NCBI GenBank assembly: GCA_965219685.1
Contig: CBDCOH010000002.1
Span: 3,648,001 to 3,712,000 of the forward strand
From: Candidatus Spongiisociaceae bacterium
Lineage (GTDB): Bacteria > Actinomycetota > Acidimicrobiia > Spongiisociales > Spongiisociaceae
Direction: 5' to 3'
DNA length: 64,000 nt
Shown here piece after piece: positions 31,220 to 40,402 of the stretch. Each line of letters begins with the position of its first letter. Position 1 is the first letter of the stretch. The notes beneath the pieces were generated by a model. The model saw nothing but the letters and a program-made list of their open reading frames with translations, was not told the DNA's origin and made no database searches. The translations under genes and the position numbers were made by a program.

Positions 31220-32215
31220 ATGGCAGCAGTCAACACAGTTCTCGGTGAGTTGCCGGGCGACGAGTTGGGTTTCACCCACTCCCACGAGCACCTGCTGATG
31301 GACTCGGTCCGCAGAGCGCTCAACGGCGCCCCGGCCGAGGAACTGGCAAGCCGGACCCGCCGGGACCTGATGATGGATCTCTTCCGGGGCTTCCAGCCTG
31401 ATCGGGGGTTCCTGTTGCACGACCTGGATCTCGTCGTGGCGGAACTCGAACACTTCGCGTCCGCCGGTGGGAACACGTTCGTCGATGTGACCACGGCCGA
31501 CATGGGGCGCGACCCCAAGGGCCTCGTGGAGATCTCCCTCCGCACCGGTGTCAACGTCGTGATGTCGACGGGCAGGTACAGGGAACCGTTCTACGAGGAG
31601 AGCCTCAAGCGGACATCCACGGTCGAGTTGGCGGAGATCTTCGCCGACGAGATCGAACAGGGTGTCGACGGCGTCAAGGCTGGCATAATCGGCGAGATCG
31701 GCACCCACGAGCCTTTCATCTCCCCTGCCGAGGAGCGGGTCCACCGCGCCGCTGCCCGGGCCCACCTCACCACCGGGGTCGCCATCACGACGCACGCCAA
31801 CGCATCCCCTGTGGGGCTGGCACAGCTGGACCTCTTCCAGGATGAGGGAGTGGATCTTCGTCGTGTTGTCATCGGTCACTGCGATACCTACCCGTTCCTC
31901 GACTACCACCGCGCAATCTTGGAGCGGGGAGCGTACGTGCAATTCGACACGGTGAGGGGCAACTTCGAATACGAGACGCAGCGCCAGATCGACCAACTGC
32001 TGACCCTCATCTCCGAAGGCCACCTCGCCCAGCTTCTCATTGCCCAGGACGCCGCGGTGTCTCGCTTCTACAAGGCCTACGGCGGTCGGGGATTCGACTT
32101 CATCGCCACCGAGTTCGTGGAGCGCCTGAGGGTGGCCGGTCTCTCCCGGGAGCAGATCGACATCCTGACGGTCCTGAACCCGCGTCGCATGCTGACCGGC
32201 GAAGACCTTGGCTGA
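31220..32215 (+). CDS. Phosphotriesterase/Php-family metallohydrolase 3
   Basis: VNTVLG, HSHEHL, GEIG, THA, GHCD, AQD, NPRRML. Confidence 0.92.
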   Translation: MAAVNTVLGELPGDELGFTHSHEHLLMDSVRRALNGAPAEELASRTRRDLMMDLFRGFQPDRGFLLHDLDLVVAELEHFASAGGNTFVDVTTADMGRDPKGLVEISLRTGVNVVMSTGRYREPFYEESLKRTSTVELAEIFADEIEQGVDGVKAGIIGEIGTHEPFISPAEERVHRAAARAHLTTGVAITTHANASPVGLAQLDLFQDEGVDLRRVVIGHCDTYPFLDYHRAILERGAYVQFDTVRGNFEYETQRQIDQLLTLISEGHLAQLLIAQDAAVSRFYKAYGGRGFDFIATEFVERLRVAGLSREQIDILTVLNPRRMLTGEDLG

Positions 32216-33044
32216 GTCGGAGTCCGGATCCTCCGCGCCGGTCGCTCTCATCACGGGAGGGGCGGGGGGACTGGGACGGGCCGCCGCGGCGGTCCTGATC
32301 GAAGCGGGGTACCGCGTTACCGTGGCCGACCTTGACAATGGGCGAACCACCTCGGCTGCCCGCTCGCTCGGAGGCGACGCGCTGGGCATCCAGTGCGATG
32401 TCACGGATGAGGCAGCTATCCCGCGGACTGTCGATCTCACCGTCCAGCAGTTCGGCCGGCTCGATGTGCTTGTCAACACGGCGGGCACCATCGATCCGTC
32501 CCCGAGCCACATGACGGGCACCGACGGGTGGAGTCGCCTCATCGATGTTCACCTCGGCGGGACGATGAGGATGTGCCAGGCTGCCTTCCCCCACCTGACA
32601 CGTTCCCCTTTCCCGAGCATCGTCAACATCTCGTCGATAACCGCTCAGCGCGGGTTCCCCGCCCGCGCCTCCTACAACAGTGCCAAGGCCGCTATCGAGG
32701 CGCTTACCAGGACACTCGCCGTCGAATGGGCCGTCGTCGGGATCCGCGTCAACGCGATTGCACCCGGATTCATCCTCACGCCGCTGGCCGAGGAGGCGTA
32801 TCGGACGGGTCTGGCCGACCGTACCGAGCGAGAGCGCCTAGTCCCGCTCGGACGGATGGGGCGGCCGGAGGAGGTCGCGCAGGCCATCCGCTGGCTCGCC
32901 ACGCCGGACTCCAGCTACGTCACCGGCCAGGTGCTGGCGGTCGACGGGGGGTATCTGGCAGACGGGAGAACGGGACCGGACCCCAACGTGTGGCAGGCGG
33001 ACCGACTCCGCGCCTACCACCCGAAAGTGGGCGGGACATCGTGA
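32208..33044 (+). CDS. SDR family oxidoreductase
   Basis: TGGAGGLG, VNTAG, YNSAK, VDGG. Confidence 0.93.
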   Translation: MAESESGSSAPVALITGGAGGLGRAAAAVLIEAGYRVTVADLDNGRTTSAARSLGGDALGIQCDVTDEAAIPRTVDLTVQQFGRLDVLVNTAGTIDPSPSHMTGTDGWSRLIDVHLGGTMRMCQAAFPHLTRSPFPSIVNISSITAQRGFPARASYNSAKAAIEALTRTLAVEWAVVGIRVNAIAPGFILTPLAEEAYRTGLADRTERERLVPLGRMGRPEEVAQAIRWLATPDSSYVTGQVLAVDGGYLADGRTGPDPNVWQADRLRAYHPKVGGTS

Positions 33045-34129
33045 GCGATCCTCGCTACCCGAGATCGCGTGTCACCGTCAAGCAGGTCGCGGAAGCCGCC
33101 GGCGTCGCCACCTCATCCGTGTCTCGCGTCTTCGCCCGACACCCGGACACCAGCAAGCGGATGCGCGCCAGAGTGCTCGAGGCGGCCGACAAACTCGGCT
33201 ACGAGCCGGACCTGCTGGCCCGGGGACTCAGGAGCGGACGGACCGCGACGGTCGGCTTCGTGGTGCGCGACATCTCGTCCCCGCTGTTCGGCGACATCGT
33301 CAAGGGCGCGGAGGTGAAGCTGAGGCGGGCCGGGTACTCCATCCTGCTCGCCAACTCGGACGGCGACGCAGACCTGGACACCGACCACATCCGCCTGTTC
33401 AACCGGCGCCGTGTGGACGGGCTCATACTCTCGCTCGAGTCGGAGTCCAACCCGTCCACCCTGCGAGCGCTGGAACATCTGCGCGTGCCGGTCGTGCTGC
33501 TCGACCGCGAGATCCCGAGTCTGCAAGGGCAACGGGTGACCGCGGTGTTGTGCGACCACCGGACGGGAGCGCGCGATGCTGTGAGCGAGATGATCTCGGT
33601 CGGGCACCGCAGAATCGCCCTGATCACGGGTCCCGAGACCATCCGTCCCTCGCGGGAGAGGCTGGCCGGGTACCTGGAAGCTCATCGCTCGGGCCGCCTT
33701 CCCGTGGTTGACGAGCTCATCCGGCTGGGCAGTCACAGCGAGCGGTTCGGTAGGCGGCAGACCCGGGACCTCCTCAGTAGCGCAGATCCTCCGACGGCAC
33801 TTCTGGCCGGAGGGGTCCAACTCGGGATCGGAGCGCTGAACGCGCTATCGGAGGTCGGGCTGGTTCCCGGGCCCCGGTTCAGTGTCACGGTGAGCGATGA
33901 CATCCCTGCTCTGAGTCTGCTCTCGCATCCGTTGGCCCTGATCCGTCGGGATCGGCACCGGATGGGCGAAGCTGCCGCCGGATTGATGCTTACCATGCTT
34001 CAGGACGAGGGGAGTCTCCCGGATCCCGTGTCCGTACCGACCGTCTACCTTCCGGGTCAGTTGGTTGCGCCGGTCCCTGGCACAGTGACGATGCTCGATG
34101 ATCCTCGTGAGGGAGGTAACCCGCAATGA
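33041..34129 (+). CDS. LacI-family transcriptional regulator
   Basis: VTVKQVAEAAGVATSSVSRV HTH, ARGLR, GHRRIALI; GTG start at GTGA overlap. Confidence 0.93.
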   Translation: MSDPRYPRSRVTVKQVAEAAGVATSSVSRVFARHPDTSKRMRARVLEAADKLGYEPDLLARGLRSGRTATVGFVVRDISSPLFGDIVKGAEVKLRRAGYSILLANSDGDADLDTDHIRLFNRRRVDGLILSLESESNPSTLRALEHLRVPVVLLDREIPSLQGQRVTAVLCDHRTGARDAVSEMISVGHRRIALITGPETIRPSRERLAGYLEAHRSGRLPVVDELIRLGSHSERFGRRQTRDLLSSADPPTALLAGGVQLGIGALNALSEVGLVPGPRFSVTVSDDIPALSLLSHPLALIRRDRHRMGEAAAGLMLTMLQDEGSLPDPVSVPTVYLPGQLVAPVPGTVTMLDDPREGGNPQ

Positions 34130-35268
34130 TCCGATTCCCTGTCCCGGTAACCGTCCGCTCCGTCGATGTGGCCATGGTGCGGGGTGCCCTCCCCCAACCC
34201 ATCCGGTTCGGAAACTGGCTGATGACGTACCGGGACTTCGCGCTCGTTCGAGTATCGGTGGAAGAAGGGGCGGACGGGTTCGCGTTCACGCTGACACGGA
34301 ACGGTCCGGTTACCGAGGCGGTGCGAATCCTGCGTGACTCCTACGTAGGTCTGACCGTCGAGTCGCCCGCAAGCGCGTTCACCCGGGCTTGGAGCACCAA
34401 CCCGATGAGCCTGTCCAGCGGTGTCGGTTTGCGTGCCCTGTCCTTGGTCGATCTCGCCCTCTGGGACGCCGCCACCAGGACTGCCGGCGTGTCCGTCGCC
34501 GAGGTTCTGGGAGGCCGCCCGGGGCCCGTCCCGGTCACCGCGATCGCGGGGTACCCGCCCACGATGGAACCCGAGGGAGTTCGTCGCCAGGTCGCAGCGC
34601 TGTGGGAGGCAGGTTGGCGGCGCTTCAAGATGCCGGTCTCTGCGACATGGCAGGAGACCTACGACCGGCTGGCCGCGGCGAGAGATGCGGCGCCGTCGGC
34701 CAGGCTGGCCCTCGACGCGGCCTGGACCCTCAGGACGGTGTCCGATGCGGTCGAGTTCTGCGAAGGGTTGCCGGTCGAACTCGAGTGGTTCGAAGACATG
34801 TTCCTCCCCGGCGACGCCGCTCAACTTGCGGAACTGCGGAGCGCTATCGACATCCCTATCGCGGTGGGTGACGAACAGGGGGGTTCCTACTACCCGGAGG
34901 CCCTGCTCCAAGCCGGGGCGGTTGACGTCGTGAGGCTGGATGCCACATGCATGGGCGGCGTGACCCGCTTCGTGGAGATGGTCGGCAAGGTCCGGCAGGC
35001 TTCGGTGAGCCCGTCTCCCCACATGAACGCCCACGTTCACTCATCGCTCCTGAACGGCCTCGGTATCGCGGACGTAGCGGTCGAATGGGGCGTTCCCGGG
35101 AGCGGGGTGGACCCCTTCGCCGACTCGCTCCGGCAGCCGGTGGTCAAGGACGGGTACATGGAGCCGCTGGGGTCGGGTCCCGGTTTCGGCGCCCTTGTCA
35201 ACCCCGCGTGGCTCGCCGAGCAGGAGGTTGACGATCCCGAGGGTCTCGTTGCGAGTCTCTGCGGTTAG
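34126..35268 (+). CDS. Mandelate racemase/muconate lactonizing enzyme family protein
   Basis: DLALWD, FKM, LDA, WFED, GDE, PH. Confidence 0.88.
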   Translation: MIRFPVPVTVRSVDVAMVRGALPQPIRFGNWLMTYRDFALVRVSVEEGADGFAFTLTRNGPVTEAVRILRDSYVGLTVESPASAFTRAWSTNPMSLSSGVGLRALSLVDLALWDAATRTAGVSVAEVLGGRPGPVPVTAIAGYPPTMEPEGVRRQVAALWEAGWRRFKMPVSATWQETYDRLAAARDAAPSARLALDAAWTLRTVSDAVEFCEGLPVELEWFEDMFLPGDAAQLAELRSAIDIPIAVGDEQGGSYYPEALLQAGAVDVVRLDATCMGGVTRFVEMVGKVRQASVSPSPHMNAHVHSSLLNGLGIADVAVEWGVPGSGVDPFADSLRQPVVKDGYMEPLGSGPGFGALVNPAWLAEQEVDDPEGLVASLCG

Positions 35269-35348
35269 CCGACGATGCGGCACTCGCCGGTCTTGGGCAC
35301 CAAGGCAGCGAACCTCCGGGGAATACGGCTTTCTTGGGAGGTGTGAAC

Positions 35349-35837
35349 ATGCGGATCTTTGAGGCTCGGGATCGCCGCTTCGGCGGATACGTAGAGGATT
35401 ACGAGGTGGGCGATCTGTACCGGCACTGGCCGGGGAAGACCATCACGGACGCCGAGAACCATCTCTTCTGCCTGCTGACCATGGCGACCAGCCACCTGCA
35501 CATTGACGGGCACCACATGAAGACCTCCGACAGTGTCTTCGACCGCCCGGTGGTGGTGGGCTCGTATGTCTACTCGCTCCTGCTGGGGATGAGTGTCCCC
35601 GATATGTCGGGCCGGGCGCTGGCCAACCTCGGTACGACGGACCTTCGCCATGAGGCCCCGGTGTATCCCGGTGACACCCTGTACGGGGAGTCGAGCGTGA
35701 CGGAGGCGCGGCTGAGCAACTCGCGTCCGGACGCAGGTGTGCTCACCTTCGAGACGAGGGGTCGCAATCAGGACGGGGCGGTCGTGGCCAGGTACACCCG
35801 CTCGGTGCTCCTGCCCAGGCGCGACGACCATGGCTGA
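35349..35837 (+). CDS. MaoC-family dehydratase
   Basis: EDYEVG..Y.HWPGKTIT, LTM...LH.D, SVPD.SG, PVYPGDTL. Confidence 0.9.
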   Translation: MRIFEARDRRFGGYVEDYEVGDLYRHWPGKTITDAENHLFCLLTMATSHLHIDGHHMKTSDSVFDRPVVVGSYVYSLLLGMSVPDMSGRALANLGTTDLRHEAPVYPGDTLYGESSVTEARLSNSRPDAGVLTFETRGRNQDGAVVARYTRSVLLPRRDDHG

Positions 35838-36987
35838 ACAGGGACCCCTGTCCGATGTGCGGGTGATCGACATGGCGACGATCATCGCCGGACCCGGAGC
35901 CGCTCGACACCTCGCCGACTTCGGAGCCGACGTGATCAAGGTTGAGGCGCCGGGAGGCGACGCGACACGCAGGTTGGGTTGGACCGAACCCGGCGGCGAT
36001 GACTCCTACTTCTGGAAGATGGCGGGCCGCGGCAAGCGCAGCATCGTTCTCGATCTCAAACATCCCAAGGGTCATGAAGCCATGCTGCGTCTCGTCGACA
36101 CCGCCGACGTGCTGGTGGAGAACATGAGACCCGGGAAGCTCGAGGGACTGGGCCTGGCTCCGGACCTGCTCCACGAGCGCAATCGCCGTCTCGTGATCCT
36201 GAGAGTCACGGGGTTCGGCCAGAGCGGCCCCTACGCGTCCAGGCCCGCGTTTGCCACGCTGATCGAAGCGATGAGCGGTCTGTCCGCCATTAGCGGACTG
36301 GCCGACGGGCAGCCACTGCTTCCTCCGATACCCCTCACCGACGAGGTCACCGGGATACTCGGTGCCTTCTCGGTCATGGTCGCGCTCCGGCACGCCGAGA
36401 ACACCGGCGAGGGACAGGTCATCGACCTCAGCCTCCTGGAGTCGACCCTCCAACTCATGGGGCCCCTACCTTCCGCATACGCCCACCTCGGCTACCTGCA
36501 ACCCAAAATGGGAGCAGGCCTTCCCTGGACCGTGCCAAGAGGTACGTATCAGTGCTCCGATGGTGCTTGGGTTGCCCTTTCATGCTCGAATGACGCGGTT
36601 GCGGAGCGCGTGCTCAAACTCATTGGCGCCGCCGGGGATCCGCGCTTCGCCACCTTCCAAGCCCGCTTCAACAACCGTGACGATCTCGAAGCCCTCATCG
36701 TCGACTGGATCGCGGTTCGCACGAGCGACGAGGTGATGGGACGTTTCAGGGAAGTCGATGCAGCAATCGCACCGGTGTGCACCATGGCCGAAGTCTTCGC
36801 CGATGAACAGGTCCAGCACCGGAACGCAATCATCGAGGTAGACGGCGTTCAGATGCAGGGAATCGCACCCAGGTTGTCTTCGTCCCCTGGAGAGGTACGT
36901 TTCGCAGGCAGATCCCTGGGCGCCGACACGGCGAAAGTCCTCTCGGAGCTCGGCGTCGAAGTACCACCAGAAGTGAGTGGTGAGTAG
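35830..36987 (+). CDS. CoA-transferase family III (CaiB/BaiF)
   Basis: GPLSDVRVID, LADFGADVIKVE, RGKRS, ENMRPG, GFGQSGPY. Ends SGE inside the array. Confidence 0.95.
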   Translation: MAEQGPLSDVRVIDMATIIAGPGAARHLADFGADVIKVEAPGGDATRRLGWTEPGGDDSYFWKMAGRGKRSIVLDLKHPKGHEAMLRLVDTADVLVENMRPGKLEGLGLAPDLLHERNRRLVILRVTGFGQSGPYASRPAFATLIEAMSGLSAISGLADGQPLLPPIPLTDEVTGILGAFSVMVALRHAENTGEGQVIDLSLLESTLQLMGPLPSAYAHLGYLQPKMGAGLPWTVPRGTYQCSDGAWVALSCSNDAVAERVLKLIGAAGDPRFATFQARFNNRDDLEALIVDWIAVRTSDEVMGRFREVDAAIAPVCTMAEVFADEQVQHRNAIIEVDGVQMQGIAPRLSSSPGEVRFAGRSLGADTAKVLSELGVEVPPEVSGE

Positions 36988-37040
36988 TGAGTGGTGAATG
37001 GTGAGTAGTGAATGGTGAATGGTGAATGGTGAATGGTGAG
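36974..37040 (+). repeat. Heptamer array A4
   Basis: About 9.5 units of TGAGTGG/TGAGTAG/TGAATGG; contains the TAG stop at 36985-36987. Confidence 0.97.
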
Positions 37041-37052
37041 GTTCTAACCCAT

Positions 37053-37140
37053 CACGAGCCACCAGCCACCAGCCAGGCCAGAGGCCCTCGGATCCTGATG
37101 CGATGCCCGGTCGCCCCACAAGCCACAAGCCACAAGCCAC
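37053..37140 (-). repeat. Inverted heptamer runs (GCTGGTG / GCTTGTG on the minus strand)
   Basis: CACGAGC CACCAGC CACCAGC, and CACAAGC x3. Confidence 0.8.
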
Positions 37141-37224
37141 CATCCCATTGACGGTGCTGAGTGCCCTAGGTAACGTCCTGAGGCGGTCACTTGTCCGCTG
37201 TGACCGCTGATCGGGAGGTAAGAC

Positions 37225-39480
37225 ATGGAGATCGTTGGCTACGCCGACAGGCTACGCGCCCAGCCGGGAGAGACCATAAGCTTCATGGTCAGTTGCCAGG
37301 CGCCGAGCTTCAAGGCCCAGTTGGTCCGGGTCGCCCACGGGGATGACAACCCCGACGGGCCCGGGTCCAAGATCTACGACCTCGACTCGGCTGCCAACGG
37401 CGAGTATCCCGGACGGTTCCAGAAGCTCAATCCCGGTTCTTTCGTCATGGTGCCTGACGACCCCCGCCTGCGGCTGGACGGGAGCTTTACCATCTCGGCG
37501 TGGATCTACCCGACCACCACCGGCAAAGGCCTCCAAGGTGTGGTGACCAAGTGGGACTGCCCGACCGGCGCCGGATACGGGCTGTTCGTCGACGAGGATG
37601 GCGCCGTCTCCTTGCGGGTCGGCGACGGCGGGAGGGTCGACACGGTCACCACCGGCGTGCCGATGCTGAACTCCAAGTGGTACTTCGTCGCCGGCACCTA
37701 CGACGCCGGCGACGGTTCGATGCGCGTCTACCAGACTCCCCTTGACCACTGGCCCCTCCAAGACACAGCCGGCGAAGCCGGAGCAAATGCATCGGAGGGA
37801 CCCGGCCGGACCGGCGCCGCGCTGGTGATCGGCGGCGCCAGTCGCGGTCAGAACACCGGCATCGGCACGGTGGGCTGCCTCTACAACGGCAAGGTCGACA
37901 ACCCGGCCATCCTCGGGCGGGCTCTCGCACCGGAGGAGATCGCGGCTCTCAGAGGCGATCGGTCGTCTGTGGCAGGCGACGCGGCGCTGGTCGCCGCATG
38001 GGACTTCGGGCGCGACTTCTCCACGTCCATCGTGACCGACGGCTCTCCCAACGGCCTGCACGGTGAGGCGCTCAACATGCCCGGACGGGCCGTCACCGGT
38101 CACAGCTGGAACGGTGGGGTGATGGACTTCAAACAGGCCCCCGACCAGTACGCCGCCATCCGCTTCAACGACGACGACCTCGACGACGCCCGCTGGGATG
38201 TGGACTTCGAGTACACGGTGCCCGAGGACCTGCGGAGCGCCATGTACGCGTTCCGGCTGACCACCGAGGACGCCGAGGACTACATACCGTTCGCGGTACG
38301 GCCCAGGAACGGGGAGCAGACCGCGAAGATCGCCTTCCTGCTCGGGACATATACCTTCCTTGCCTACGCCAACGAGCACCTCGCCAACAACCCGGTCATC
38401 ATCGAGTACCTGGAAGGCAAGGAGCTGGAGATCGAGTTCCCGCTCCTCCCGCACGAGCACTACATGGTCGACAACAAGCTGGGCGGCCTCTACGACCTGC
38501 ACACCGACGGCGGCGGGATCTGCTACTCGACGATCCGCCGGCCGATCGTCAACTTCCGGCCCAACAACAAGCAGCGGACGATCGGCGCCGGACTGGGCGC
38601 ACCGGTCCTGCTGTCGGCCGACCTGCACCAGATGGACTGGATGGAGAGCCAGGGATTCGAGTTCGACGTCATCACCGACGAGGACATCCACTTCGACGGC
38701 TTGGACATCCTCTCCGGGTACAACGTGGTGATGTCGGACGCCCATCCCGAGTACTGGACCGAGGACATGCTCATCGCCTTGGAGGCCTACCTCAACGCGG
38801 GGGGCCGGTTCATGTACCTGGGGGGCAACGGGCTCTACTGGATCACCTCGGTCGACCCCGAGCGCCCTCACGTCATCGAGGTGCGCCGTTGGAACGGCAC
38901 CGGTTCGTGGAGGACCGACTTCGCGGAGAGCCATCACAGCACCACGGGGGAGCCGGGCGGCCTGTGGAGATTCCGCGGCTGGGCGCCCCAGCGATTGGTG
39001 GGTGTCGGGATGACCGCCCAGGGCGGCACCGGCACCAACTCGGCCTACCGGCGCCTACCCGACAGCTTCGACCCGCGGGCTGCCTTCATATTCGAGGGGA
39101 TCGGGGACGATGAGGAGATCGGCGGCTTCGACACCCTCAACCTGGGCTGGGGAGTGGCAGGCTACGAGATGGACCGGGCGGACCCCGCACTGGGGACTCC
39201 TGCCCACGCCCTGGTCGTGGCCACGGCGACCGACTTCGACGACAGCTTCCACCATGTCGTCGAGGAGGTGATGCACATGAACTCCGAGCAGACCGGCACC
39301 ACCAACGACATGGTGCGGGCGGACATGGTGTTCTTCGAGTACCCGAACGGCGGAGCGGTCTTCACCACCGGTTCGATCGCCTGGAGCGCCGGCCTCTCCC
39401 ACAACGACTACGACAACAACGTGTCGCGCATCACCGCCAACGTGCTCAGGAAGTTCGCCTCCGACGACACTCTCCTCTAG
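37225..39480 (+). CDS. N,N-dimethylformamidase large-subunit family protein with LamG-like domain
   Basis: GYADR...PGETI.F.V, LamG-like insert, LAYANE, LYD.H.DG, HPEYW, YLGGNG.YW, RADMVFFE...GGAVF..GSIAW. Confidence 0.88.
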   Translation: MEIVGYADRLRAQPGETISFMVSCQAPSFKAQLVRVAHGDDNPDGPGSKIYDLDSAANGEYPGRFQKLNPGSFVMVPDDPRLRLDGSFTISAWIYPTTTGKGLQGVVTKWDCPTGAGYGLFVDEDGAVSLRVGDGGRVDTVTTGVPMLNSKWYFVAGTYDAGDGSMRVYQTPLDHWPLQDTAGEAGANASEGPGRTGAALVIGGASRGQNTGIGTVGCLYNGKVDNPAILGRALAPEEIAALRGDRSSVAGDAALVAAWDFGRDFSTSIVTDGSPNGLHGEALNMPGRAVTGHSWNGGVMDFKQAPDQYAAIRFNDDDLDDARWDVDFEYTVPEDLRSAMYAFRLTTEDAEDYIPFAVRPRNGEQTAKIAFLLGTYTFLAYANEHLANNPVIIEYLEGKELEIEFPLLPHEHYMVDNKLGGLYDLHTDGGGICYSTIRRPIVNFRPNNKQRTIGAGLGAPVLLSADLHQMDWMESQGFEFDVITDEDIHFDGLDILSGYNVVMSDAHPEYWTEDMLIALEAYLNAGGRFMYLGGNGLYWITSVDPERPHVIEVRRWNGTGSWRTDFAESHHSTTGEPGGLWRFRGWAPQRLVGVGMTAQGGTGTNSAYRRLPDSFDPRAAFIFEGIGDDEEIGGFDTLNLGWGVAGYEMDRADPALGTPAHALVVATATDFDDSFHHVVEEVMHMNSEQTGTTNDMVRADMVFFEYPNGGAVFTTGSIAWSAGLSHNDYDNNVSRITANVLRKFASDDTLL

Positions 39481-39546
39481 TCCGATCGTCTGTTGGCTCA
39501 TACGTAGATGCGGCGCCGATGACGCGGTGGCCAATACGGAGTCCGG

Positions 39547-40151
39547 CTACGGCCGGCTGTAGTCCCGTGTGTCTCTCGCGTGGCCCTAATCAGCGCTATC
39601 AAGCCAGTGACACCAGAGAGACCGGCTGCTGATCGCAAGACGTTTCTTGTACTTGAAGGCCGGCGACCAAGCAGAGACTTCGACGCGGGCTGCGTCAAGG
39701 TCAACGACGGCTTCAAGCGCGGGAATGAGATCGGTGTCCGAGGACATCAGGATCCCAACATCGTATTCGTTCCGAACTGCCATGAGCACGAAGTCGACAG
39801 CGAGCGACACATCGACACCTTTCTCTTGGGGCTTCTCCCTCGGCCAGTTGTTCGGATATCGGAGGGGCCGAGTGACAACTTGGACGCCTTCAAGTCTGGA
39901 CCAAGCCGCCGACTGGCGTAGACAGGCTCGGTTCCCCTTCGGATCCTTCGTCGGGTCCGGAATCCCTCTGTACAGGCGTACACCCGCGAGGGTGCGCTCG
40001 AACGGACTCCCTTCGACCATCAGCCGACCGAGGGTGAGCGGATTGACTTGCCCCGCCCAGTGAGGAATCGTCGCCGTCGATGGATAGAACGCTTCAGAGC
40101 AGACATGTAGACGTTCTGGTAGTCCACGAACAGTACAACCCGATCAGCCAT
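39547..40151 (-). pseudogene. NYN (PIN-like) domain protein, disrupted
   Basis: MADRVVLFVDYQNVY is out of frame with EKGVDVSLAVD...SSDTDL; frameshift near 40097 and probable premature TAG at 39586-39588. Confidence 0.8.
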
Positions 40152-40402
40152 TATGTGGTCTCCGGTTAGCGCTTCCCGCGGCGGGTCTTACAAGATAATC
40201 CCCACCAGTTCGGGTCACAGAACCCGAACGGTGGGGAACATTGACGCAAACATACCTGATCAATTCATACATGTCAATTAGAACGCCCAGGCGAGGCGCG
40301 GCCGGGCGTGACGATGGCGGTGGCCATTGTGTAGGAGGTGTCGTTGCGAGTCCGACTGGATAACAACTGCGGGATTTAGGAGGTCGGTGTAGGGTGCGGA
40401 TC

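Noticed and set aside
37041-37056. TAAC/TCAAC words after arrays as integron attC sites
   Set aside because: No matching GTTRRRY arm or attC-like palindrome, and no integron integrase in the window.
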